A stretch of 64,000 nucleotides of DNA from Oscillospiraceae bacterium. Lineage in GTDB: Bacteria > Bacillota > Clostridia > Oscillospirales > CAG-272. A program made the position numbers and the translations under genes. Shown in pieces: positions 37,720 through 47,099 of this stretch (position 1 is the stretch's first letter; every line of letters begins with the position of its first letter). The notes under the pieces are model-generated. The model did not search any database and was not told where the DNA came from. It worked only from the letters and a program-made list of their open reading frames with translations. The stretch is from positions 17,463-81,462 of the forward strand of contig SVQI01000003.1 of assembly GCA_015065455.1 (NCBI GenBank), read 5' to 3'.

Positions 37720-39146
37720 AGATAGTCTTCACAGCGAGTGAAGCAGCACCATTTATAAAAACAGGAGGCCTCGGCGATGTTGCCGAGGCACTTCCTGCTG
37801 CTTTATCAAGAATAAAAGGAAATCAGGTAATTCTTTTCTTGCCGTATTACGGAAAGATAAAAAACAATCCTAACATTGAAACAGAGTATATTACACACTT
37901 TACGATGGATCTTTCGTGGAGAAAACAGCACGTTGGGATTTTCAAGTACAAGAGCAATAAGAGAAAATTAAAGGTTTATTTTATTGATAACGAATATTAT
38001 TTTAACAGAGACAGAGAATATGGCCATCTTGACGACGGTGAAAGATTTGCATATTTTTCAAAGGCAATTCTTGAATCGTTGATTAAACTGAAGATAAAAC
38101 CGGATATAATACATTGTAACGACTGGCAGACGGCTATGGTTCCTGTTTTTCTTCATGCTTTTTACAACGAGAAGCTTGGTAATGCAAAGACCGTGTTTAC
38201 AATTCATAATATCGAGTATCAGGGACTTTGCCATCCATATTTCCTGGGTGATACTTTAGGACTTGACGGAAGCTATGAGAGCAAACTTACTTATAAAGAT
38301 AATATAAACTTTATGAAGGGCGCAATTTTGAGTGTTGATGCGCTGACAACAGTTTCAAAAACTTATGCTAATGAGATAAAATACCCATATTATGCACATG
38401 GACTATCTCCGATTATCGAGGAGCATGCTTTCAAGCTTGATGGCGTTGTGAACGGAATCAACCTTGATACCAATAACCCTGAAACAGATCAGGCACTTTT
38501 CTGTAATTACAATAAAAAGACTTTTATTGAAGGTAAGGCAAAGAATAAGGAAGAATTACAGAAGAAACTCGGTCTTGATGTAAGATCTGACGTTCCGCTT
38601 ATAGGTATGGTTTCAAGAATTGTATCACATAAGGGTTTTGAAATCATATGCGATATTGCAAAGGAACTAATGAAATGGGATATTCAGATCGTTATATTGG
38701 GAACGGGAGATCCCTCTTTTGAGAATATGTTGCGTCGTATTGCGGATGATAATAAATCGAAATTCTCTTTGAATTTGTGTTTTGATTCTAAGATGGCATC
38801 ACAGATATACGCTGCATCCGACATATATCTTATGCCTTCAAAGAGTGAGCCTTGCGGCTTATCACAGCTTATTGCTATGAGATATGGAACGGTTCCTGTT
38901 GTAAATGCGACAGGTGGACTTAAAGATACTGTAATTCCGTTTGACGGTGCAGATAACGGTACAGGATTCAATTTCCAGACCTTTAGCCGCGGCGATCTGC
39001 TTGATGCTTTGAGAAGATGTCTTGAAGTGTATGGAGGAAACAAGAGTGCATGGAACAAGATTGTTACAAATGCAATGGAATACGACTCCTCCTGGGACAA
39101 GCCTGCCGGCGAATATATGGAAATTTATACAAAAATAATGACATAA
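37716..39146 (+). CDS. glgA: glycogen synthase (ADP-glucose type, GT5)
   Basis: EAAPFIKTGGLGDV, SKSEPCGL and ATGGLKDTV. ATGA overlap with glgD. Confidence 0.95.
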   Translation: MKIVFTASEAAPFIKTGGLGDVAEALPAALSRIKGNQVILFLPYYGKIKNNPNIETEYITHFTMDLSWRKQHVGIFKYKSNKRKLKVYFIDNEYYFNRDREYGHLDDGERFAYFSKAILESLIKLKIKPDIIHCNDWQTAMVPVFLHAFYNEKLGNAKTVFTIHNIEYQGLCHPYFLGDTLGLDGSYESKLTYKDNINFMKGAILSVDALTTVSKTYANEIKYPYYAHGLSPIIEEHAFKLDGVVNGINLDTNNPETDQALFCNYNKKTFIEGKAKNKEELQKKLGLDVRSDVPLIGMVSRIVSHKGFEIICDIAKELMKWDIQIVILGTGDPSFENMLRRIADDNKSKFSLNLCFDSKMASQIYAASDIYLMPSKSEPCGLSQLIAMRYGTVPVVNATGGLKDTVIPFDGADNGTGFNFQTFSRGDLLDALRRCLEVYGGNKSAWNKIVTNAMEYDSSWDKPAGEYMEIYTKIMT

Positions 39147-39175
39147 TATACAATATTATATACAAAGATGTTGAC

Positions 39176-39204
39176 TTGACATATAATAAAAAGTGTATTA
39201 TAAT
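39176..39204 (+). promoter_or_regulatory. candidate internal sigma-A promoter of glgP
   Basis: TTGACA (39176-39181), a 17-nt spacer, TATAAT (39199-39204). Confidence 0.5.
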
Positions 39205-39250
39205 TGTATAGTTTTATTATAGTCGGCATAGCCAAAGGAGAATTTATAAA

Positions 39251-41659
39251 ATGTCTAATAAGAAGAATGACTTGCTTAATATCTTGAATGATACCTCTAC
39301 AAGACTTTTTAGTTGTAATATAAATGAATCTACTGAAAAGCAGCTTTACAAGACAGTGTGTACCGTATTGAGAGAGATGCTTGCCAAGAAAAGAAAAGAT
39401 TTTAAAAATGATTTTTCCGGTAAGGAGAAAAAACAGGTTTATTATATGTCAATGGAGTTTCTTGTAGGAACATCACTTCGTAATAACCTTTATAATATAG
39501 GACTTGAGGAAGATTTCAGAGAAGTTTTAAAAGAGCAGGGATTTAACCTTGATTCTTTGTATGAACTTGATCCCGATGCAGGACTTGGTAACGGCGGTCT
39601 CGGAAGACTCGCATCTTGCTATATGGATTCTGCAACAGGACTTGATCTTCCTGTAACCGGATTTTCAATCAGATATGAGTTCGGTATTTTCAAGCAGAAG
39701 ATTATCGACGGTTGGCAGATGGAGTTTCCGGACAACTGGCTTGAAAGAGGAGACGTTTGGCTTCAGCCCCGTCCTGATGAAAGCTACGAGGTAAAATTTG
39801 GAGGAAAAGTAGACGAGTGGTATGATAACGGTCAGTTCAAGGCTGTTCAGACTGGTTATCAGAGCGTTATGGCTGTTCCTTATGATATGTATATTTCAGG
39901 TTACGGTTCCGATGCTGTAAACAAGCTTGTTTTGTGGAGTGCAAACGTTCCGAGTTTTGATATGCACGCATTCTCCAGAGGCGAGTATATGCGTTCGCTT
40001 GAGCAGAATACTATGGCAGGAGTTATTTCTAAGGTTCTTTATCCTGCAGATAACCATATAGAAGGAAAGAGACTCCGTCTTAAACAGCAGTATTTGCTTG
40101 TTTCTGCATCGTTGCAAAGCATTATAGCAAAGCATTTGAAGAAGTATAAGACTCTCAATAATCTTGCGGACAAGGTTTCTATTCATATTAATGATACTCA
40201 TCCCGCGCTTTGTGTGCCTGAGCTTATGCGTCTTCTTATGGACGAACACGGATACAGCTGGGATGATGCATGGGATATTACTTGCAAGACTCTTTCTTAT
40301 ACAAACCATACAGTTATGAGTGAGGCTCTTGAAAAATGGAGTGAATGGTTATTCCGTGAACAGCTCCCCAGAGTTTATGCTATTGTAGTTGAGATAAACA
40401 GAAGACTTTTCGAACAGCTTGAAAAGGCTTACCCCGGAGACTATGCAAAGATCAACTATATGTTGCCGATAGGCGATGGAGAAGTACGTATGGCAAATCT
40501 CTGCCTTGCTGCTTGTCATAAGGTTAACGGTGTTTCAAAGCTTCATACAGAAATTTTGAAGAACAGCATATTTAATGATTATTATAATCTTGATAATGAC
40601 AGATTTATAAATGTAACGAACGGTATCGCGTACAGACGTTGGTTGTGTCAGGCGAACCCTAAGCTTACAGATTATATTTCCGAGCTTATCGGAGACGGCT
40701 TCAAAAAAGACTGCACAGCTCTTGAAAAACTGTTGAAATATAAGAATAAAACAGAGGTTCTTGACAAACTTGCTGAAATCAAGAGAGAAAATAAGATTGT
40801 ACTTGCAAATTATATTGCGCAGAAGAACGGTGTAAACGTTGACCCTGACTCAATATTTGACGTACAGGTAAAGAGACTTCACGAATACAAGAGACAGCTT
40901 TTGAACGTTTTGCAGATTCTTTATATGTACAATCAGATTAAGAACAATCCCAATGCAGATTACGTACCGAGAACGTTTGTTTTCGGCGCCAAGGCATCTG
41001 CGGGTTACGATCTTGCAAAGCAGATTATCAGCTTAATTTCCGCTGTTTCAAACCTTGTAAACAATGATCCCGTTATTAAGAACAGACTTAAGGTTGTGTT
41101 CCTTGAAGATTACAGAGTATCGTTGGCTGAAAAGATTATTCCCGCGGCAGAAATATCTGAACAGATTTCTATCGCCGGCAAGGAAGCTTCGGGCACAGGT
41201 AACATGAAGTTTATGATTAACGGTGCTGTTACCTTAGGTACACTTGACGGAGCTAACGTTGAAATATTCGAACAAGTTGGAAACGACAATATCTTCTTGT
41301 TTGGTATGAACGTTGACGAGGTTAAGGAGCTTTGGAGAAGAGGTTATAATCCTAACGAGTTTGTTGCAAGAAATTCCGAGCTCAGACAGGTTATTGATAT
41401 GCTGACATCAGGTGTATTGGGAAGAAGATTTGATGATGTTGCAGCATCACTTTTGACTAACCGTTACGGTACTGCTGACCAGTATATGGCTCTTGCTGAT
41501 TTTGAAGATTATGTAAGAGCTCAGAAGTGCGTATCTGAAAAGTATAAAGATAAGCGCGCATTTATGAAGATGTCGCTTACAAATATTGCAAAGGCAGGAA
41601 TATTCTCCGCAGACCGTTCTGTTCTTGAATATGCGGATAAGATCTGGAATTTGAAGTAA
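39251..41659 (+). CDS. glgP: glycogen/maltodextrin phosphorylase (GT35)
   Basis: GLGNGGLGRLA, the PLP site EASGTGNMKF and RIHEYKRQ-like RLHEYKRQ. Confidence 0.95.
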   Translation: MSNKKNDLLNILNDTSTRLFSCNINESTEKQLYKTVCTVLREMLAKKRKDFKNDFSGKEKKQVYYMSMEFLVGTSLRNNLYNIGLEEDFREVLKEQGFNLDSLYELDPDAGLGNGGLGRLASCYMDSATGLDLPVTGFSIRYEFGIFKQKIIDGWQMEFPDNWLERGDVWLQPRPDESYEVKFGGKVDEWYDNGQFKAVQTGYQSVMAVPYDMYISGYGSDAVNKLVLWSANVPSFDMHAFSRGEYMRSLEQNTMAGVISKVLYPADNHIEGKRLRLKQQYLLVSASLQSIIAKHLKKYKTLNNLADKVSIHINDTHPALCVPELMRLLMDEHGYSWDDAWDITCKTLSYTNHTVMSEALEKWSEWLFREQLPRVYAIVVEINRRLFEQLEKAYPGDYAKINYMLPIGDGEVRMANLCLAACHKVNGVSKLHTEILKNSIFNDYYNLDNDRFINVTNGIAYRRWLCQANPKLTDYISELIGDGFKKDCTALEKLLKYKNKTEVLDKLAEIKRENKIVLANYIAQKNGVNVDPDSIFDVQVKRLHEYKRQLLNVLQILYMYNQIKNNPNADYVPRTFVFGAKASAGYDLAKQIISLISAVSNLVNNDPVIKNRLKVVFLEDYRVSLAEKIIPAAEISEQISIAGKEASGTGNMKFMINGAVTLGTLDGANVEIFEQVGNDNIFLFGMNVDEVKELWRRGYNPNEFVARNSELRQVIDMLTSGVLGRRFDDVAASLLTNRYGTADQYMALADFEDYVRAQKCVSEKYKDKRAFMKMSLTNIAKAGIFSADRSVLEYADKIWNLK

Positions 41660-43503
41660 TGCAAATTTTATACGATAGTAAAAAACAAATATTTAAATCA
41701 AAATTTGGCACCCTTCGTGAAAATGAAGGGTGCACTATCAATATACACGTTCCGAAGTGTTATAATGCTGTTTCGTGCAATCTTGTTTTTAACAGAGAAA
41801 ACGGTACGATGTACTCTTTATATTCTATGTTGCGAACATCAGAAAACGGAGAATACGATGTGTACTCGTGCACGTTCAGTTTTGCTGAGGCGGGGCTGTA
41901 TTTCTACAAATTTGATATAAAAACCGAACACGATCAGTTTTCTCTTTATAAGTGCGGATATGATGGCACAAATATAAGAGAGGGTGGTATGTGGCAGATT
42001 TCATGTATTCCCTCGGACTTTGAAGCGCCAAAAGAATTTATGGGGACGATTATGTATCAGATTTTCCCCGATAGATTCTGCAAGGTTGGGTGTGTTGATA
42101 CAGAAGAAAAGCTTAAACCCTTCTGGGTGCATAAGGATACAAGCGAAGTTCCGTGCTTTTGGCCTGATGAAAAGGGCGTTGTGCAAAACAATGACTTTTT
42201 TGGCGGTAACTTAAAGGGAATTACAAGCAAGCTTGACTATCTTAAGAGTCTTAACGTGGGAGTAATATATCTTAATCCGATTTTTAAGGCTTTCTCGAAT
42301 CACAGATACGATACTGCGGATTATATGAAGATAGATGAGATGCTGGGTGACGAAAAAGACTTTTCGAATTTGTGCAAGCAAGCTCATAAGAGGGGTATTA
42401 AGATAATACTCGACGGCGTTTTTTCTCATGTTGGAAGCAACAGTAAATATTTTGATTGCGAAAATGTTTTTGGAAACGGCGCTGTATCAAACGAAAAATC
42501 TCCATACAGATGTTGGTTTGATTTTAAAAATTATCCAAACGATTATACGTCATGGTGGGGAATTAAGACACTTCCTTGTGTGGATGAAAACAACAAAGAA
42601 TACCGTGATTATATTATAAACGATGATGATAGCGTTATTGCTCATTGGTTGAATTTGGGAGCAGACGGCTTCAGACTTGACGTTGCTGATGAACTGCCTG
42701 ATTCGTTTATATTTGAGTTAAGAAACAGATTGAAGAAGATTAAGAAGGATTCTTTCCTTATCGGCGAGGTTTGGGAAGATGCTTCAAATAAATGCAGCTA
42801 CGGTATTAGAAGAAAATACTTCACAGGCGGCGAGCTTGATTCTGTGATGAATTATCCATTTAAAAATGCGATAATCGATTATGTTTGCGGCAGAGATAAC
42901 GGATACGGTTTGAGAGATACAGTTATGACTATTTCTGAAAACTATCCTTCTTCTGTATTGAATTGTTTGATGAACGTGCTCTCAACACACGATACTGTTC
43001 GAGTCTTGACCGCATTGGGAGATATTGCTGTTCCGTCCGAAAAAGAACAGAGGGCGTATTATAAAATGTCAGAAAGTGATCTGAAATTAGCGAAGGAGAG
43101 ATTATTCTGTGCGGTGTTGTTGCAGTTTATTCTTCCGGGTATGCCTTGTATCTATTACAGTGATGAGATAGGTACGGAAGGGTTTGAAGATCCTTTTTGT
43201 AGAACGTTTTTTGATTGGAGCCGGGTGGACAACAACGATATTTTGGATTTTTACAAAAATATCACGAAAATTAAGTCATCCTATGATGAAGTGAAATACG
43301 GCGACGTTGAAATTTCAGTTTTGAGCGATAACGTAGTAAGTATAAAAAGGACTTATTGTGGAAAAACTGTTTCTGCGATTATAAATACAGGTAATTATTC
43401 ATATGATGCATCTATAAACGGAAAGATTTTGTTGAGCAGAAATGCGAAGATTGATTCCGAAAAAAATATTATTGAAAAAAACGGATTTATTTTACATTTG
43501 TAA
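41659..43503 (+). CDS. GH13 alpha-glucan hydrolase (neopullulanase/cyclomaltodextrinase-like) with an N-terminal beta-sandwich domain
   Basis: GH13 regions I-IV: LDGVFSHVG, GADGFRLDVADE, IGEVWED and VLSTHDT. TAATG 1-nt overlap with glgP. Confidence 0.8.
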   Translation: MQILYDSKKQIFKSKFGTLRENEGCTINIHVPKCYNAVSCNLVFNRENGTMYSLYSMLRTSENGEYDVYSCTFSFAEAGLYFYKFDIKTEHDQFSLYKCGYDGTNIREGGMWQISCIPSDFEAPKEFMGTIMYQIFPDRFCKVGCVDTEEKLKPFWVHKDTSEVPCFWPDEKGVVQNNDFFGGNLKGITSKLDYLKSLNVGVIYLNPIFKAFSNHRYDTADYMKIDEMLGDEKDFSNLCKQAHKRGIKIILDGVFSHVGSNSKYFDCENVFGNGAVSNEKSPYRCWFDFKNYPNDYTSWWGIKTLPCVDENNKEYRDYIINDDDSVIAHWLNLGADGFRLDVADELPDSFIFELRNRLKKIKKDSFLIGEVWEDASNKCSYGIRRKYFTGGELDSVMNYPFKNAIIDYVCGRDNGYGLRDTVMTISENYPSSVLNCLMNVLSTHDTVRVLTALGDIAVPSEKEQRAYYKMSESDLKLAKERLFCAVLLQFILPGMPCIYYSDEIGTEGFEDPFCRTFFDWSRVDNNDILDFYKNITKIKSSYDEVKYGDVEISVLSDNVVSIKRTYCGKTVSAIINTGNYSYDASINGKILLSRNAKIDSEKNIIEKNGFILHL

Positions 43504-43532
43504 TTGACAAAATCGGACAATGTGTGTATAAT
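43504..43532 (+). promoter_or_regulatory. sigma-A promoter of the pfl operon
   Basis: TTGACA (43504-43509), a 17-nt spacer, TGtGTATAAT (TATAAT at 43527-43532), immediately after the GH13 stop. Confidence 0.6.
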
Positions 43533-43542
43533 TGTATTGTAG

Positions 43543-43617
43543 CTTTTACATGACTGACGGATAACGCGAAAAATGAACGCGATGGAATGTAAAAGAATAA
43601 TGCCGACCGTCTGGGCA
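43543..43617 (+). promoter_or_regulatory. ZTP riboswitch aptamer (pfl motif)
   Basis: P1 CTTTTACAT (43543-43551) / ATGTAAAAG (43587-43595). Conserved TGACTGACGG. P2 CGCG/CGCG. GGA. A 7-nt linker, then the 3' element CCGACCGTCTGGGCA (43603-43617). Pseudoknot GACG/CGTC. It lies upstream of pflB, the gene the motif is named after. Confidence 0.75.
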
Positions 43618-43647
43618 AATCAGCTTTAGAGTTGATTTGCCTTTTTT
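43613..43647 (+). terminator. intrinsic terminator serving as the riboswitch expression platform
   Basis: GGGCAAATCAGC / GAGTTGATTTGCC stem followed by TTTTTT (43642-43647). The 5' arm shares GGGCA with the aptamer 3' element, so the two structures are mutually exclusive (an ON switch). Confidence 0.75.
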
Positions 43648-43672
43648 AGAGTCTAACAGGAGGGTTTTGTAT

Positions 43673-45901
43673 ATGGAAAACAAGAATTGGAATGGTTTTT
43701 TAGGCGAAAAGTGGAAGAACGAAATTGATGTTCGTGATTTTATACAGTCAAACTATAAAGAATATACAGGCAACTCGGATTTTCTTGCCGGACCCACCGA
43801 CAGAACAAGTGCTTTGATGGGTAAGGTTCAGGCATTGTTTGCCGAAGAGAGAAAGAGGGGCGGAGTTCTTGATGTTGATACGACAACTGTGTCATCGCTT
43901 GTTAATTATGCTCCCGGATATATTGATAAAGATAATGAAATTATTGTTGGTATGCAGACCGACAGTCCGCTTAAGAGAGGTGTAAACCCCTTTGGCGGAA
44001 TGAGAATGGTTAAGCAGGCATGTAAGGCGTATGGTTATGAACTCAGCGAAAAGGTTCAGGAAGAGTTTAAGTACAGAACTACACATAATGACGGCGTTTT
44101 CAGAGTATATACTGAAGAAATGAGAAATGCGCGTAGAAGCCACGTTATTACCGGTTTGCCCGATGCTTACGGCAGAGGTAGAATTATCGGTGATTACAGA
44201 AGGGTTGCGCTTTACGGCGTTGATAGACTTATAGAAGAGAAGGTTAAGGACAAGAGTGCAGTAGAAGCGGGCTTGGATTTAGATAATATCAGACTTTCCG
44301 AAGAATTATATCAGCAGATAAAGTTTTTGGGATACTTGAAAGAAATGGCGCAGATGTACGGCTTTGACATCAGCCAGCCTGCAGAAAACGCAAGGGAAGC
44401 AATACAGTGGACATATTTTGCATACCTTGGAGCAATCAAGGAGCAGAACGGCGCCGCTATGTCGCTCGGAAGAGTAAGTACTTTCTTTGATATATATATT
44501 GAAAGAGATATTAAAAAGGGTATTCTTGATGAATCAGGTGCTCAGGAGCTTATTGATGATTTTGTTATGAAGCTTCGTATTGCAAGACACTTGCGTACTC
44601 CTGAATACAATGAACTTTTCGGCGGAGATCCTATGTGGATAACAGAAGCTGTAGGCGGTATGGGACTTGACGGCAGAACGCTTGTTACAAAGAGCAGTTT
44701 CCGTATTCTCAATACTCTTTACACACTCTGTTCATCGCCCGAACCTAATTTGACAGTTCTCTGGTCGGTAGATCTTCCTAAGGGATTCAAGAAGTTCTGT
44801 GCAAAGGTTTCTGCTGATACAGATTCTATTCAGTATGAGAACGATGACATAATGCGTCCCATCTACGGTGATGACTACGCTATTGCTTGTTGTGTATCTG
44901 CAATGAAAGTCGGTAAACAGATGCAGTTCTTTGGTGCAAGATGCAACCTTGCAAAATTGTTGCTTATTGCTTTGAATGGTGGTTACGATGCAGAAAGCGG
45001 TATTCATATCGGTCCTCAGATGGATGTTATGAACGTTGACAAGCTTGACTATGACGCTGTATATGAAAGATTTTCTGTGTATATTGAGTGGCTTATGAAG
45101 TTGTACGTAAAGACAATGAACGTAATTCACTATATGCACGATAAGTACGCGTACGAAAAAATACAGATGGCATTACACGACACAACAGTTGATCGCTTTA
45201 TGGCATTTGGTATTGCAGGGCTTTCCGTTGTTACAGACTCTTTGAGTGCAATTAAATATGCAAACGTAAAGCCTCTTGTTAATGAAGATGGATATATTAC
45301 TGCGTTTGATACAACAGGAATGTTCCCCAAATACGGAAACGATGATGACAGAGTTGATATGATTGCTAAGGATATGACTCATAAGGTTATAACAGAGCTT
45401 CGTAAGACTCCTACTTACAGAAACGCTATTCACACGCTTTCGGTGCTTACTATTACGTCTAACGTTATGTACGGTAAACATACAGGCGCTACTCCCGACG
45501 GAAGATGTGCCGGACAGGCTTTTGCTCCCGGAGCTAACCCGATGCATAACAGAGAAGAGAACGGTGCTTTGGCGTCTCTCAACTCTGTAGCAAAGCTTTC
45601 GTATGACGATTGCCGCGACGGTATATCAAACACCTTCTCTATTACTCCTCAGGCGCTCGGAAGAACAGATGAAGAGAGAGTAGAAAATTTAGTATCTATC
45701 CTTGACGGTTATTTTGCAAAGAAAGCTCACCATATAAATATTAACGTATTGAACAGAGAAACGCTGATGAAAGCATACGAAGATCCTGAAAGCTATCCCA
45801 ACCTTACGATCAGAGTATCTGGTTATGCAGTAAACTTCAACAAGCTTTCACGTGAACAGCAGAAAGAAGTAATCAGCCGTACATTCCACGAAACGTTATG
45901 A
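43673..45901 (+). CDS. pflB: formate C-acetyltransferase (pyruvate formate-lyase)
   Basis: Active-site IACCVSAM and glycyl-radical motif RVSGYAV. The ATG at 43673 has AGGAGG upstream; the track's 12-aa extension lies inside the terminator. Confidence 0.95.
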   Translation: MENKNWNGFLGEKWKNEIDVRDFIQSNYKEYTGNSDFLAGPTDRTSALMGKVQALFAEERKRGGVLDVDTTTVSSLVNYAPGYIDKDNEIIVGMQTDSPLKRGVNPFGGMRMVKQACKAYGYELSEKVQEEFKYRTTHNDGVFRVYTEEMRNARRSHVITGLPDAYGRGRIIGDYRRVALYGVDRLIEEKVKDKSAVEAGLDLDNIRLSEELYQQIKFLGYLKEMAQMYGFDISQPAENAREAIQWTYFAYLGAIKEQNGAAMSLGRVSTFFDIYIERDIKKGILDESGAQELIDDFVMKLRIARHLRTPEYNELFGGDPMWITEAVGGMGLDGRTLVTKSSFRILNTLYTLCSSPEPNLTVLWSVDLPKGFKKFCAKVSADTDSIQYENDDIMRPIYGDDYAIACCVSAMKVGKQMQFFGARCNLAKLLLIALNGGYDAESGIHIGPQMDVMNVDKLDYDAVYERFSVYIEWLMKLYVKTMNVIHYMHDKYAYEKIQMALHDTTVDRFMAFGIAGLSVVTDSLSAIKYANVKPLVNEDGYITAFDTTGMFPKYGNDDDRVDMIAKDMTHKVITELRKTPTYRNAIHTLSVLTITSNVMYGKHTGATPDGRCAGQAFAPGANPMHNREENGALASLNSVAKLSYDDCRDGISNTFSITPQALGRTDEERVENLVSILDGYFAKKAHHININVLNRETLMKAYEDPESYPNLTIRVSGYAVNFNKLSREQQKEVISRTFHETL

Positions 45902-46602
45902 TTAAAGGAAAAATACATTCAATTCAGACTCTCGGAACGGTTGACGGTCCGGGAGTTCGATTTGTAGTTTTTATGCAGGGCTGTAACCTTAGATGCCATT
46001 GTTGTCATAATCCTGATACGTGGAGTCTTGAAGGCGGTATGGAATTAACTCCATCAGAAATTCTGAGCAGAGTTGCAAGATACAAAGAGTATTTTGGTGA
46101 AGATGGGGGAATAACGTTTTCCGGCGGCGAACCCTTACTCCAAAGTGACTTTGTTCGTGAAACGTTTATAATGTGTCACAAAAACGGAATTAATACTTGT
46201 CTTGATACGTCAGGTGATGTACTGAATGATTCTGTAATAGAAATGCTTAAATATTGCGACAGAGTTTTATTGGATATAAAATATACGGAATGTGACTTGT
46301 ACAAAAAGCACGTGGGCTGTTCACTTGAAACCGTACTTAAGTTTTTGGATTGTCTTAATAATATGAATATTCCGACAACTTTAAGACAGGTAGTTATTCC
46401 TACAGTAAACGATTATAATGAAAATTTTGTAAAATTAAAAGAAATTGCAAAAAACCACAAATGCGTTGAAAAAATTGAGCTATTGCCATTCAGAAAGATA
46501 TGCTCGGTAAAATACGACGAAATGGGGATCGTATTTCCATTCGGTAATTTACCCGAAGCAGATTATAAAAATATTGAAGAATACCAAAAGATTATCAAAT
46601 AA
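45898..46602 (+). CDS. pflA: pyruvate formate-lyase activating enzyme (radical SAM)
   Basis: [24 protein letters not shown] (CxxxCxxC). ATGA overlap with pflB. Confidence 0.95.
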   Translation: MIKGKIHSIQTLGTVDGPGVRFVVFMQGCNLRCHCCHNPDTWSLEGGMELTPSEILSRVARYKEYFGEDGGITFSGGEPLLQSDFVRETFIMCHKNGINTCLDTSGDVLNDSVIEMLKYCDRVLLDIKYTECDLYKKHVGCSLETVLKFLDCLNNMNIPTTLRQVVIPTVNDYNENFVKLKEIAKNHKCVEKIELLPFRKICSVKYDEMGIVFPFGNLPEADYKNIEEYQKIIK

Positions 46603-46745
46603 TCTTTTGGTGTTTTTAATTTAAAAATTGAACTAAAAATTGGCAGTTATAAAACACAGGCTATTGTTTATAATACTATTAGAGTCGCAAAGACTCAATT
46701 GATATAGATTTTTGGTTTAATATCAAAAAATAAGGAGAAAACAAA

Positions 46746-46946
46746 ATGGCATCTAACAAAACACTCGTTCCCGAAGCTAAGGAAGCGCTTAACCGTTTTA
46801 AGATGGAAGCTGCAAATGAAGTTGGCGTAAACCTCAAGCAGGGTTATAACGGCGACCTCACATCTAAGCAGGCTGGTTCCGTAGGCGGTCAGATGGTTAA
46901 GAAGATGATCGAAAAGTACGAGAACGATATTAAGGGTTCTAACTGA
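46746..46946 (+). CDS. alpha/beta-type small acid-soluble spore protein
   Basis: 66 aa. LVPEAKEALNRFKMEAANEVGV and the GSVGGQMVKKMIE signature. AAGGAG SD. Confidence 0.9.
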   Translation: MASNKTLVPEAKEALNRFKMEAANEVGVNLKQGYNGDLTSKQAGSVGGQMVKKMIEKYENDIKGSN

Positions 46947-46984
46947 CTGTAAATAAACAGTATTAAGAACTATGAAATGATAGT

Positions 46985-47024
46985 GTCCTTACCGAATGAT
47001 GTTCGGTAGGGGCATTATTATTTT
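46985..47024 (+). terminator. intrinsic terminator after the SASP gene
   Basis: CCTTACCGAA / TTCGGTAGGG stem (one G-U pair) followed by a T-rich tract ATTATTATTTT. Confidence 0.65.
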
Positions 47025-47032
47025 GCACTTTG

Positions 47033-47061
47033 TTGACAGATTTAATGATAAATGTTAAAAT
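47033..47061 (+). promoter_or_regulatory. candidate sigma-A promoter of rqcH-addBA
   Basis: TTGACA (47033-47038), a 17-nt spacer, TGtTAAAAT (47056-47061). Confidence 0.55.
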
Positions 47062-47099
47062 AAGATGTTACATATCGGTGTAGTATAGGTGGTTAAAAA

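Noticed and set aside
46603-46745. Tried to assign a forespore sigma-G or sigma-F promoter upstream of the SASP gene (AATACTA at 46672-46678; GTTATA at 46646-46651). Also noted small 5'-UTR hairpins (GAGTC-GCAAA-GACTC; TTGATAT...ATATCAA).
   Set aside because: The spacing (20 nt) and the -10 first base do not fit the consensus I remember, so I cannot support a specific promoter call.
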